Assembly (NCBI GenBank): GCA_035327305.1
Contig: DAOLDL010000002.1
Location: forward strand, 19,334-83,333
Length of the DNA stretch: 64,000 nucleotides
Direction: 5' to 3'
Source of the DNA: Kiritimatiellia bacterium
Lineage (GTDB): Bacteria > Verrucomicrobiota > Kiritimatiellia > CAIVKH01
Positions 20,560 to 29,963 of this stretch are shown in pieces. How positions within the stretch are numbered: position 1 is the stretch's first letter; each line of letters opens with the position of its first letter. Made by a program: the position numbers and the translations under genes. The notes under the pieces were generated by a model that saw only the letters and a program-made list of their open reading frames with translations, ran no database searches and was not told the origin of the DNA.

Positions 20560-21702
20560 TTAGTCTCCCAATAATTTACTTATGCAACGATGAGCGGGCA
20601 AGCGGCCCAAACCGCCCCCATGGCACGAAACCTCGTCCCAGCGCCCGACCTTGTCGGGCGAAACATTGTTGCCGGCCAGCGCCACCGGTATCTGCTCCAT
20701 GAGTTGGCCCTCTTCCGGCATGGCGACCAACATGATACGCGTATCTGGAATACACTCAACTGCTTGTGTGATACGGCTCAACACATGAATGTCCAGCCGA
20801 TCCAACGCCTTTACTTTTTCCACGCCTTCACCGAACCGACCGCCTTCCAGCGGGGCTTCAACATAAACCACGGTGATTTCATGCCGTGCCATCACGTCCG
20901 CCAACTCATCCACGCCGATCAATTCGGGTTGCACTGAATCAGCCCATACATCGCCCAGATGCTTGACTGTCATACGACATAACGTGCCAATTCCCCGCCC
21001 GAGCGGACTATTGGTCACCATCGCCGAAATCAGTGGCGCCCCGATGAAGGGACGACTGATCTTTGCCGACGGACCGCCCGCCCAGAGCCAAAGTGCGTTG
21101 GCGGGATTTTCCCCGAGATCAACACGCACATCGTTGATGCTTTGACGAGCAAGGCATTCAGCCGCGGCTCGCATGAACTTCGCACGGGCGGACAATGTAT
21201 CACCATCCTCCGGCAAGCGGACCCCCGGAGCAGGAAATTCACCTGCGTCTGAAGCAGTCTCCGCCTTATCAAAACGGACAGCAACCCGGCCTCTGCCGGT
21301 AATCGTGATCGTTGCGCCATGCGATTTGGCCACATCTGCCAACGAGTCCACCAACCATGTAGTTTCGTCCAAGCTTAAACCGGTCACCCGGCTTTCGCGG
21401 ACCTCTGATCCGTCGCATGTGACAAAATTTCCACGGTAACAATAACCGTTTCCTGGCGCGCCCTCCACTGGACCGCGCACCATGGTTTTCGCTTCTTCTG
21501 AAGCAATTCCCAAAACGATACCGGTCATTTCCGGAGCGGTTGTGCCTGCATGATCGGCTGGCCACAACAGATAGCCGCCCACACCGCGGCGAACCAACGC
21601 CGTGGCATGAATATTCCGGGCAAGTTGCAAAGGGGTTGAACCCTCCAACTCATCGGAAGGCAAATCCGCCGCACCTTCATAAATGACCAATACATATTTC
21701 AC
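20560..21702 (-). CDS. Archaeal-type cofactor-independent phosphoglycerate mutase (ApgM) family protein; from its operon position, a candidate non-orthologous homoserine kinase
   Basis: ApgM-like N-terminus MKYVLVIYEGAADLP and a metalloenzyme-superfamily C-terminus. The gene sits 6 nt after hom and 6 nt before lysC. Confidence 0.65.
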   Translation of the reverse strand: MKYVLVIYEGAADLPSDELEGSTPLQLARNIHATALVRRGVGGYLLWPADHAGTTAPEMTGIVLGIASEEAKTMVRGPVEGAPGNGYCYRGNFVTCDGSEVRESRVTGLSLDETTWLVDSLADVAKSHGATITITGRGRVAVRFDKAETASDAGEFPAPGVRLPEDGDTLSARAKFMRAAAECLARQSINDVRVDLGENPANALWLWAGGPSAKISRPFIGAPLISAMVTNSPLGRGIGTLCRMTVKHLGDVWADSVQPELIGVDELADVMARHEITVVYVEAPLEGGRFGEGVEKVKALDRLDIHVLSRITQAVECIPDTRIMLVAMPEEGQLMEQIPVALAGNNVSPDKVGRWDEVSCHGGGLGRLPAHRCISKLLGD

Positions 21703-21708
21703 GGAACA

Positions 21709-23007
21709 TCAATTAAAATCTTCCACACGGAAACGCACGGTCGGAGCCTTGATCGAGTCCAACGCATCAATTTGCGCCAATGCCTCCCGGCAATCTCTTT
21801 CCTTGGCCGCGTGGGTCATCATGATCATTTCCGCCGATCCCTTGTCGGAACCGTCCTTCTGGATCATGCTGGCAATGCTGATGCGGTGATCGCCAAGAAT
21901 TTTGGCAACTCTGGCCAGCACCCCGGGTTTATCTTCCACCGACAAACGCAGATAGTACCGGCAGGTGATATCATCCACCGACAACATGGCGGGCTTTTCG
22001 CCTTCCGGAATAAATGCCGGCAAATGATGCCGCGATTGCGTAGCAAGCTGACGGGCCACGGCCGCGACATCGCTTAACACCGCGCTTGCCGTCGGGAGCC
22101 GTCCCGCGCCCCGTCCATAATAAAGCGTGTCGCCCACGATATCGCCGGACACCATGACCGCATTGAATACACTGCTGACCGATGCAATCATGTGGGTTGC
22201 CGGAACCAGCGCCGGGTGAACCCGGACGCTAACCGCGTTGTCCTGCTTTTTGACGACCGCCAGCAATTTAACCCGGTAGCCCATATCCGCCGCATAAGCA
22301 ATATCTTCGCGGGCGATACCTCGTATGCCTTCCACGTACATGGAAGAAAGCGGTACCGGGAAACCGTAAGCCAAAGAGGCCAACAATGCGGCTTTGTGCG
22401 CAGTATCGTGACCATCAATATCAAGGCTTGGCTCCGCTTCGGCGAATCCCGCGTCTTGAGCTTCGCGCAGAACCTTGTCAAACGGCAGACCTTCCAGTTC
22501 CATCCTGGTGAGGATGTAATTGCAGGTGCCATTGAGGATGCCATAAAGATTTGGAATGTGATTGGCGATCAGTCCATCGCGCAAAGCCTGTATGATCGGG
22601 ATTCCGCCCGCCACACTGGCTTCAAACCGGAGATCCACTTTGTTTTCGTCGGCAAGGGCAAACAACCCCGCGCCGTATTCGGCCAGAAGTTTCTTGTTGG
22701 CCGTGACCACGGGTTTTCCCATTTTGAGCGCCTCGGTGACCAGTTCACGGGCGATTCCTACGCCGCCAATCAATTCGATGATGATGTGAACAGAAGGGTC
22801 TCGTATGACCGACATCGCGTCTGTGGTAAGCACGGACCGATCAACCACCACGCCGCGATCGCGCTCAAGATCGAGGTCGGCGATTTTGCGCAAGACCAGA
22901 CGAACCCCGGAGCGGCTGGCAATCAGATCGCCATTACGTTGCAGACCTTCCACTACCCCGGCGCCGACGGTGCCGAAACCCAGTAATCCCAATCCTATTT
23001 CTTTCAT
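21709..23007 (-). CDS. hom: Homoserine dehydrogenase with C-terminal ACT domain
   Basis: GLGLLGFGTVGAGV NAD-binding N-terminus, catalytic core, and C-terminal ACT. SD AGGAAG lies 7 nt before the ATG. Confidence 0.9.
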   Translation of the reverse strand: MKEIGLGLLGFGTVGAGVVEGLQRNGDLIASRSGVRLVLRKIADLDLERDRGVVVDRSVLTTDAMSVIRDPSVHIIIELIGGVGIARELVTEALKMGKPVVTANKKLLAEYGAGLFALADENKVDLRFEASVAGGIPIIQALRDGLIANHIPNLYGILNGTCNYILTRMELEGLPFDKVLREAQDAGFAEAEPSLDIDGHDTAHKAALLASLAYGFPVPLSSMYVEGIRGIAREDIAYAADMGYRVKLLAVVKKQDNAVSVRVHPALVPATHMIASVSSVFNAVMVSGDIVGDTLYYGRGAGRLPTASAVLSDVAAVARQLATQSRHHLPAFIPEGEKPAMLSVDDITCRYYLRLSVEDKPGVLARVAKILGDHRISIASMIQKDGSDKGSAEMIMMTHAAKERDCREALAQIDALDSIKAPTVRFRVEDFN

Positions 23008-23030
23008 ATTCGCTTCCTGTAAAATGTTAC

Positions 23031-23055
23031 AAAAAAACCCCTCTCTAAAGAGGGG
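23031..23055 (-). terminator. Rho-independent terminator in the hom leader (attenuator terminator)
   Basis: Minus strand reads CCCCTCT-TTAG-AGAGGGG followed by TTTTTTT. It ends 23 nt upstream of the hom ATG on the same strand, so hom transcription must read through it. Confidence 0.8.
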
Positions 23056-23083
23056 TTGTCAAACAGCAGACGCCGCCAGCCCC

Positions 23084-23134
23084 TCAAGAGTCCGAGGTAG
23101 TTACAATAATTGTAATGGCAGTCGTGGTTTTCAT
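23084..23134 (-). CDS. thrL: Threonine/isoleucine-rich leader peptide (thrL-like) of the hom operon attenuator
   Basis: Minus-strand ORF ATG AAA ACC ACG ACT GCC ATT ACA ATT ATT GTA ACT ACC TCG GAC TCT TGA encodes MKTTTAITIIVTTSDS (6 Thr, 3 Ile in 16 codons). The stop overlaps GAGGGG, which can pair with the terminator 5' arm CCCCTC. A weak SD AAGG lies upstream. Confidence 0.65.
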   Translation of the reverse strand: MKTTTAITIIVTTSDS

Positions 23135-23424
23135 TAATAAGTGCCTTATAATAGCGATTTTACTTGGCACGACAAGTGCGAATTTGAGCATAAAAACCAT
23201 CATTTTTCCACGATAAATACTGAAAAAGGATTTAGATATACGGACCATGCACCTGATTTTGCACCGTAAAATCGGTGTTGGTATTGAGCAAACCATCAAA
23301 ACCTGGATCCCGATTTCATTGGCGAACGAGGACCCGATAAGGCCGGAGATGATAAAGAAACGAATCCCAGACGATTATGCGTAACAAGATGACACAGTCA
23401 TTCTTGTCTGTGTATTTGTCTGTT

Positions 23425-25740
23425 TTAGTTTGCCTGCATTGCTTTCAAAACATTTTCCGCGGTGAAAGGTGATGTGCGCAAACGAACACCCACCGCATTG
23501 TAAATTGCGTTAGCGATAGCCGGGAGTGGACCATTAATGCAAATTTCCGATACGCTTTTGGCGCCATACGGTCCGGTTTTTTCGTAGCTCGGCACCAGGA
23601 TCGTCTTGATCACCGGTTTGTCCCGCATCGAATATATTTTGTAATGCTGAAAGCCGGCGTTCAACATCTTGCCTTTGGGACTGAACAAATATTTTTCGGT
23701 CAGGGCATAACTGATTCCGTTAAGTACCCCACCCTCGGTTTGTCCTTCTGCAAGCTTGGGATTGATCGCGGTTCCGCAATCCACCGCGGCAACATATCGA
23801 AGGACCCGGACACGACCCGTGAGCGTATCAACTTCCACTTCGGTAAAATGCGCTGAAAATGGCGGCGGAGATTTATGCGATATCCTCGAGGAAACCGCAC
23901 CGATCTGAAATTGATCGGTTCCGTAAAGCGCCCGCAAGGCAATTTCACTGAATGTGACCGATCGCCCATCGGCGGATACCGCCTTGTTGTCGGCCAGCTT
24001 GATTTCCTTGCCCGGACATTCCATCATGGCGCTTGCCACTTCAATCATTTGTCGGGCCACCTTTTCCGCCACGTTTTTAACCGCCATACCGCTTAAATAT
24101 GTCGTACTGGAAGCATACGCCCCGACATCAAACGGCGTCATATCCGTGTCAGATGAATAAACAATGATCTTGTCCATATCGCAACCGAGTGTCTCCGCCG
24201 CAATCTGGGCAAGCACGGTATCGCTACCCGTGCCAAGATCGGTTGCCCCCATGAGCAGATTAAACGATCCGTCATCGTTTATTTTCAGGGAGGCCGCACC
24301 CATGTCGATTTCGGGGATACTCGATCCCTGCATCAACGCCGCCATACCAATACCACGGCGGAACCGCCCCTTCTTGTCCTGCCATCTTCCCCGTTTCTTC
24401 CAGCCGATCTCCTTTGCGCCGAGTTTGATGCACTTATCAAGTTCGCAACTTCCAATCGATTGCTCGACGCCGGCCTTGCCTTCACCCAATGCGCGAAACA
24501 CCGGCGATGTTTCGCCCGTGCGAATAGCATTCTTGCGGCGAAACTCCAACGAATCCATTCCGATGGCCTCCGCCATTTCATCCATTTGACAATCAATCGC
24601 AAACGATGATTGCGTGGCGCCATATCCTCGATACGCTCCGCCAACCGGAAGATTGGTGTAACACGATTCTCCAACAAAATGAATGTTCGGGGTCCGGTAT
24701 AGCGGCAATATTTTACTGCCGCTGTTACAGACCACGGTCAAGGCATGCGATCCATAAGCGCCGGTATTGGTAATGCAATCGAGACCGACGGCGGTAATGG
24801 TTCCATCTTTTTTAACACCGGTGCGAACCCGCATCTTTTCCGGGTGACGAGTCCGGGAAGAGACGAATTCCTCTTCGCGGGTGTATTTCCAGAACACGGG
24901 GCGACCGGTTCGCATTGCCATCAGCGCCACCACATCTTCCAAAAGCACTTCCTGTTTTACACCAAATCCACCGCCGATGCGCGGCTTGATTACACGAATC
25001 TTTCGCACGGGAATATCCAATGTCTGGGCTACGATTCGACGTACATGAAATGGGACTTGCGTGCTGGTGGTGATGATCACCCGGCCGTCAGCGGCGAGGT
25101 GCGCCATTGAGACATGTGGTTCGATGGGACAATGCTGGGCATAGTCGGTATAGTATTCGTGATCCATTGCAACATCCGCTTCGCGCAAGCCCGCTTCCAA
25201 GTCGCCGACATCCATAGCCACCCGGGCGGCGAGATTCCTGGCCGGTTCGTAAGGAACGGGGATCGGAATATGCGCCTCGGGTTCATCGTGAATAACCGGT
25301 GCGCCGGGCTTCAGCGCTTCCTCTATGGACAACACTGCTGGCAAAACCTCGTACGTGACCTTTATTTTCTTCAAGGCCTCGATAGCTTGTTCGGCGGTTT
25401 CGGCCGCCACGGCGGCAACACGATCACCCACATGCCGCACTTTGTTGTCGAACATGAACGTATCATAGGGTGATGGCTCGGGAAATCCCTGCCCGGCGGT
25501 TGTGTGTGCGATTCTGGGGACGTTTCCATGATGCAGAATAATATGTACCCCGGGCATTTTATCCGCCTCGCTGGTATCTATCGAGGTGATGCGAGCGTGG
25601 GCGTGTGGACTCCACAACATTTTCACAATCAAGGCATCGGCAGGCTTGAAATCGGCCACAAACATCGGCTTACCAGTGGCAAGTGAGAGGGAATCAATTT
25701 TTTTGACGGACTTGTTGACAACCGTGAAGTTCTTTTTCAT
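23425..25740 (-). CDS. Molybdopterin-dependent hydroxylase large subunit (xanthine dehydrogenase / aldehyde oxidoreductase family)
   Basis: 771 aa with Ald_Xan_dh_C and molybdopterin-binding-like regions (GGGFGVKQEV, TQVPFHVRR). Starts 4 nt inside the Fe-S subunit gene end. Confidence 0.85.
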   Translation of the reverse strand: MKKNFTVVNKSVKKIDSLSLATGKPMFVADFKPADALIVKMLWSPHAHARITSIDTSEADKMPGVHIILHHGNVPRIAHTTAGQGFPEPSPYDTFMFDNKVRHVGDRVAAVAAETAEQAIEALKKIKVTYEVLPAVLSIEEALKPGAPVIHDEPEAHIPIPVPYEPARNLAARVAMDVGDLEAGLREADVAMDHEYYTDYAQHCPIEPHVSMAHLAADGRVIITTSTQVPFHVRRIVAQTLDIPVRKIRVIKPRIGGGFGVKQEVLLEDVVALMAMRTGRPVFWKYTREEEFVSSRTRHPEKMRVRTGVKKDGTITAVGLDCITNTGAYGSHALTVVCNSGSKILPLYRTPNIHFVGESCYTNLPVGGAYRGYGATQSSFAIDCQMDEMAEAIGMDSLEFRRKNAIRTGETSPVFRALGEGKAGVEQSIGSCELDKCIKLGAKEIGWKKRGRWQDKKGRFRRGIGMAALMQGSSIPEIDMGAASLKINDDGSFNLLMGATDLGTGSDTVLAQIAAETLGCDMDKIIVYSSDTDMTPFDVGAYASSTTYLSGMAVKNVAEKVARQMIEVASAMMECPGKEIKLADNKAVSADGRSVTFSEIALRALYGTDQFQIGAVSSRISHKSPPPFSAHFTEVEVDTLTGRVRVLRYVAAVDCGTAINPKLAEGQTEGGVLNGISYALTEKYLFSPKGKMLNAGFQHYKIYSMRDKPVIKTILVPSYEKTGPYGAKSVSEICINGPLPAIANAIYNAVGVRLRTSPFTAENVLKAMQAN

Positions 25741-26219
25741 GCAACGCCTCCTTTTCCGGCGGCCGCAACCTTCCGTAATGCCGTTTGAATTTTTTCATAC
25801 CCGGTGCAACGGCAGAGCTGTCCGTCGAGGTGAATCGCCATTTCCTCGTCGGTAGGTGTCGGATTTATATCAAACAACGCCTTGGCGGCCATGATCATAC
25901 CCGGCATGCAGTAACCGCACTGAACTGCGCCCTCTTCCACCAGCGCCGCCTGAATGGGATGTGGGTTGTCCAGCGAACCGACCGATTCAACAGTGTCCAC
26001 GATTCCGCCGTCGGCCTGCACCGCATAGGTAAGACACGAATTCACGACGCGACCATTCAGATTGACTGCGCACGAACCACAAGCGCCTTCACTGCAACCC
26101 ATTTTCACACTGTAGCATCCGAGTTGACGGAGAATGTCGATGAGCTTTGTTTTTACATCGACCGTCACGGATTGTTTGCGTCCGTTTAACGTGAGTTGTA
26201 TGGTCATGATGTTACTCAT
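25737..26219 (-). CDS. [2Fe-2S]-binding small subunit of the molybdo-hydroxylase (CoxS/XdhC-like)
   Basis: Cys motifs CSEGACGSCAV and CGYCMPG...CRCTGY. The start at MSNIMTIQ (26219) has a strong AAAGGAGG SD and an ATGA overlap with the FAD subunit stop. Confidence 0.85.
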   Translation of the reverse strand: MSNIMTIQLTLNGRKQSVTVDVKTKLIDILRQLGCYSVKMGCSEGACGSCAVNLNGRVVNSCLTYAVQADGGIVDTVESVGSLDNPHPIQAALVEEGAVQCGYCMPGMIMAAKALFDINPTPTDEEMAIHLDGQLCRCTGYEKIQTALRKVAAAGKGGVA

Positions 26220-27061
26220 GTCGCACCTCCTTTGGCCATCTGCCATGCATCAATTATTACGTCTTCAAGATGTGCCTGGGCCAGAGCGCGTATGTAATCA
26301 TCGCTGAAGCCATCGCCTCCTTTCCATTTCACCGAATCCAATGTCGAGGCAATCGCCTGCTTGATGGCATCGGTGGAAATGGCTACTCCGGCAAGTGCAT
26401 TTTCCAACCCGGGGAGACGACACGGAAGCGGTACACCCGCTCCTGCCGCTATCCGAATATCGGCAACCGTTCGCTTGTCGAGTCTTATCCAGGCCGCCAG
26501 CGTCAGCAGGCTGAAGTCCATGTTCACCACGTTTTCCTTGTGGTAAGCGAAACCGCAACCGCTTTTGACTGCGGGTACTTTTATCTCCACGAGCAAATCA
26601 CCGGGTTCATACAGGCGCGCCGGTTGACCTTTGAAATAAACATCCGCGGTATGGGTTTGGACATCCTGGCCTGTAATGGTCATTACCGCGCCAAGCGCAA
26701 GTAGTGCGACAGGAAAATCGTTCCAGGGAAAAACGCGGGCGATATTGCCGCCGATGGTGGTCATGTTGCGAATGGGCTGACTGACAAACCGAAGGGCCAC
26801 GCGATCCAGCACCCAGCCGGGAGCATGATACGATTGTAGATCGGCGATGCGTGTGTTGGCTCCGATGGTAAAACTGTCCGGTCCATGATCGATACGGTCG
26901 TAGCCCATCCAAGCAAGGTCGACAGCGACTTTTTCCTCATCACCTTTTAGGAATGAGTGGGACGTAGCACCTGCCATTGGAAGTCCGGATGGGCCTAATT
27001 CCTTGAGAATACGTTTTGCCTCATCCAGAGTCGTCGGTCGATGATATCCACTTAGTTTCAT
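26216..27061 (-). CDS. FAD-binding subunit of the molybdo-hydroxylase (CoxM/XdhB-like)
   Basis: FAD_binding_5-like N-terminus (MKLSGYHRPTTLDEA...AGATSH) and CO-dehydrogenase flavoprotein C-terminal domain. The start at 27061 has a GGGAGAA SD; the ORF-track start at 27079 has none. Confidence 0.8.
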   Translation of the reverse strand: MKLSGYHRPTTLDEAKRILKELGPSGLPMAGATSHSFLKGDEEKVAVDLAWMGYDRIDHGPDSFTIGANTRIADLQSYHAPGWVLDRVALRFVSQPIRNMTTIGGNIARVFPWNDFPVALLALGAVMTITGQDVQTHTADVYFKGQPARLYEPGDLLVEIKVPAVKSGCGFAYHKENVVNMDFSLLTLAAWIRLDKRTVADIRIAAGAGVPLPCRLPGLENALAGVAISTDAIKQAIASTLDSVKWKGGDGFSDDYIRALAQAHLEDVIIDAWQMAKGGAT

Positions 27062-27274
27062 AAGTATTCTCCCACGCATGAATGGTAGTCGCCGCAGTAT
27101 TGAATAGGAAGAATTACACGCCCCTATCGTCGATTAAGGGAATCCACTAATGAAGAAATTTGCCAAGTCTCTTGAACACGGCTCGGCGGGAGCCGATACA
27201 TCCACTATTTCTTTTATTTCGGAATTTCCACAGATCCATATCTACCCGCACAGATAGAATGCCTTCGTCATGAT

Positions 27275-28648
27275 TTACCTGGCCGCGGCCAACATCTTTG
27301 CGGCGATATCATTCGCGTGATGGAACAACCTCTGCTCATCCACGCCGAGAAGCTCGCCCTTGGCCACGCGTATCACGCCGTTGACAATGGTATAATCAGC
27401 ACGGGCACCTGCACCACAGAAAAGAATTGCTGATGCAGGGTCGGCCATGGCGCCGGCGTATTCGATTTTATCGAGGCGGAACATTGTGAGGTCGGCGAGC
27501 AGACCCGGTGCGATGCGTCCCAGGTCGCTCCATCCCAGCATTTCCGCCCCGCCCATCGTAGCCATTCGCACCACGGTTTGCGCAGGCATTGCGTCAACTG
27601 CTGTGCCAACACGATGCACCAACAGAGCCATCTGCAATTCGCGCGACAGGCTGGAGCTGTCATTGCTGGCGCTTCCGTCCACCGCCAATCCCACTCTTAC
27701 TCCTGCTTTGAGCATTTTTGGAATCGGCGCAATACCGGAGCCAAGTCGCAGGTTCGATGTCGGACAATGAGCAACACCGGTTTTCGTCGCGGCGAGTCGG
27801 TGAATTTCAGCGTCGTTAAAATAGATGCCATGAGCGAACCAGACGTCAGGCCCCAGCCACTCGTTTTTCTCCATGTATTCAAGCGGCCGCATGCCATGGG
27901 TGGCAAGACAGTATTCCTCTTCGTCAACAGTTTCGCAAAGGTGTGTGTGGCAAATCACGTTACGTGAACGCGCGAACCTGATGGTCTCCAGTAAAAGTTC
28001 AGAGGTGACGGAAAACGGCGAACAAGGAGCCAACGCGATGCGGCACATGGAGTCCGGAGATGGATCATGACAGGCGTCAATGACTCGCGCACAATCCCGC
28101 AGAATTACTTCATGATGCTGAACCACATCGTCCGGAGGTAATCCGCCATCGGATCGCCCGCGACTCATACTTCCGCGTGTGGGATGAAATCGAATGCCCA
28201 TTTCGCGAGCGGCGGCGATCTCAACATCGAGCAATTCACCCGTGGTGTTTTCAGGAAAGACATAAAAATGGTCGGTGGTGGTTGTGCAACCGGACAGCAA
28301 CAATTCTCCCACACCAACACGTGTGCTGATGTCCACGGCCTCAGGCGTCAAACCGCGCCAGATTTCATAGAGTCCTATGAGCCAGTCGAATAGTTTTGCA
28401 TTTTGCACGCAGGGAATATTTCGGGTGAGGGTCTGATAAAGATGGTGATGGGTGTTGATAAAACCGGGATAAACGACGTGACGGCTGGCGTCGATCACTT
28501 CAGCGTCGGCGGGTGGGAATGGTTTATGGGGGCCGGTATGGATGGCGGCGATGCGATTTCCTTGAATCAACAGGTCCGCGCCATTCAGCGGCGCTTCACC
28601 GTCGTTCATGGTGACCAGGGTGTGGATGTTTCGCAGAAGTATTTTCAT
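27275..28648 (-). CDS. Amidohydrolase (SsnA / chlorohydrolase / 8-oxoguanine-deaminase-like)
   Basis: HxH metal motif FINTHHHLYQ, HTHLCE, and Asp near the C-terminus. It is a paralog of the adjacent upstream amidohydrolase, with a 4-nt overlap to it. Confidence 0.8.
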   Translation of the reverse strand: MKILLRNIHTLVTMNDGEAPLNGADLLIQGNRIAAIHTGPHKPFPPADAEVIDASRHVVYPGFINTHHHLYQTLTRNIPCVQNAKLFDWLIGLYEIWRGLTPEAVDISTRVGVGELLLSGCTTTTDHFYVFPENTTGELLDVEIAAAREMGIRFHPTRGSMSRGRSDGGLPPDDVVQHHEVILRDCARVIDACHDPSPDSMCRIALAPCSPFSVTSELLLETIRFARSRNVICHTHLCETVDEEEYCLATHGMRPLEYMEKNEWLGPDVWFAHGIYFNDAEIHRLAATKTGVAHCPTSNLRLGSGIAPIPKMLKAGVRVGLAVDGSASNDSSSLSRELQMALLVHRVGTAVDAMPAQTVVRMATMGGAEMLGWSDLGRIAPGLLADLTMFRLDKIEYAGAMADPASAILFCGAGARADYTIVNGVIRVAKGELLGVDEQRLFHHANDIAAKMLAAAR

Positions 28649-29961
28649 TCAATTCTCTTCCACATTGCACGCGCTTGTTCAACGGCCTTGCGACGAATAT
28701 TTTCCTCATCCAGATGATGAATGATTCCGTTTTCCATCAGGACCCGGCCTCTGCACATGGTCATGGTAACCGGGGCATTCACCAATCCGAACAGAAAGTG
28801 ACCATAAAATGTCGATGGATCAAATGGCGTGAATGGCACATAATCCATAATGATCAGGTCGGCCAGATATCCCTCGACCAAACGACCCCGCCCTTCCGGA
28901 AATATTCTTTCGGCAATCAACCGATTGTTATCCAACAATAATCGGCAAGCTTCAACAAACGCCACACGCGGATCGCGCCGCACGGCCCGCTGAATCAAAT
29001 ACGCGGCCCTGGCCTGCGCGATCATGTTGTTGGACATTCCATCGGTGCCAAGTCCCACCAGAATTCCCGCGTGCAACAGTTCAAGCAGAGGGGTAACAGC
29101 CAGGCCGTTGTTCATGTTGGACTCGGGATTTGTAACCATCATGCATCCGGTGTCGGCCAGCAGATTCCATCCCCGTTCGTCAAGGTGAATACCATGGGCG
29201 AAAATCGATCCCGGACCGGCAATTCCAGCCTTTACAAAACGGTCAACCGGTGCCTCTCCATATTTTTCCAACGACTCTTCAGCATCGCATTCCGCTTCAT
29301 CGATATGGACATGAAAACCGACACCCATCGTTTGTCCTTCGGTTGCACAACGCTCCAGTGTGGCATTGCCCAAGGTCATGGAAGCATGCAATCCGAACAG
29401 CGCTTTAATCTGCGGGTCATCATCATCCCGGCATTTTTTGATAAAACGTATGTTTTCTTCAATACCCTCGCCCACGCGGTTACGGTCGGAGACTTCATAA
29501 CACAAACAGCCGTTCAGCCCGGCTTCACGGAATGCTTTTTCAATGATATCGAGACTACTGAAACTGCACGAGGGTGAGGCATGGTGATCAATGATGGTGG
29601 TGCATCCGGCATGGATGGCCTCCACCATCGGAAGCATGGACGAATAATACACATCGTCTTCGTTTAATGCATAATCCAGTTTCCACCAAAGCCGTTCCAG
29701 TATCTGTTTGAAATTCGAAGCTGGCTCACCGGGTGGCGAGAATCCACGCGCCAATGTTGAATAGAGATGGTGGTGCGTATTGATAAATCCCGGCATAATC
29801 ACGCGTCCATTCGCATCGATAATCCGGTCCGCCGACGCATCTCCCACATCGCCGACCGCGGCGATGGTTTCATCTTCGACCAACACCGCGCCGTGATCAA
29901 AGAAATCGCCTTGTTCATCCAACGTAACCAAAATGCCGTTTTTTATAAGTACGCTTCCCAT
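28645..29961 (-). CDS. Amidohydrolase (SsnA-like, second paralog)
   Basis: FINTHHHLYS and HVHIDEAE motifs. The start at MGSVLIKNG (29961) has AAAGGAGG 7 nt upstream; the longer ORF start at 30123 runs inside the upstream gene. Confidence 0.8.
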   Translation of the reverse strand: MGSVLIKNGILVTLDEQGDFFDHGAVLVEDETIAAVGDVGDASADRIIDANGRVIMPGFINTHHHLYSTLARGFSPPGEPASNFKQILERLWWKLDYALNEDDVYYSSMLPMVEAIHAGCTTIIDHHASPSCSFSSLDIIEKAFREAGLNGCLCYEVSDRNRVGEGIEENIRFIKKCRDDDDPQIKALFGLHASMTLGNATLERCATEGQTMGVGFHVHIDEAECDAEESLEKYGEAPVDRFVKAGIAGPGSIFAHGIHLDERGWNLLADTGCMMVTNPESNMNNGLAVTPLLELLHAGILVGLGTDGMSNNMIAQARAAYLIQRAVRRDPRVAFVEACRLLLDNNRLIAERIFPEGRGRLVEGYLADLIIMDYVPFTPFDPSTFYGHFLFGLVNAPVTMTMCRGRVLMENGIIHHLDEENIRRKAVEQARAMWKRIE

Positions 29962-29963
29962 GA

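Noticed and set aside
23164-23178. Sigma54-like TGGCACG-N4-GTGC (GG-N10-GC) element
   Set aside because: It lies on the plus strand with no plus-strand gene downstream. Both flanking genes are transcribed on the minus strand.
23084-23299. 71-aa minus-strand ORF in the AT-rich island
   Set aside because: Only its last 16 codons (MKTTTAITIIVTTSDS) make sense, as a leader peptide with its own ATG. The upstream 55 codons are low-complexity and AT-driven with no RBS, and are treated as read-through of leader/promoter DNA.
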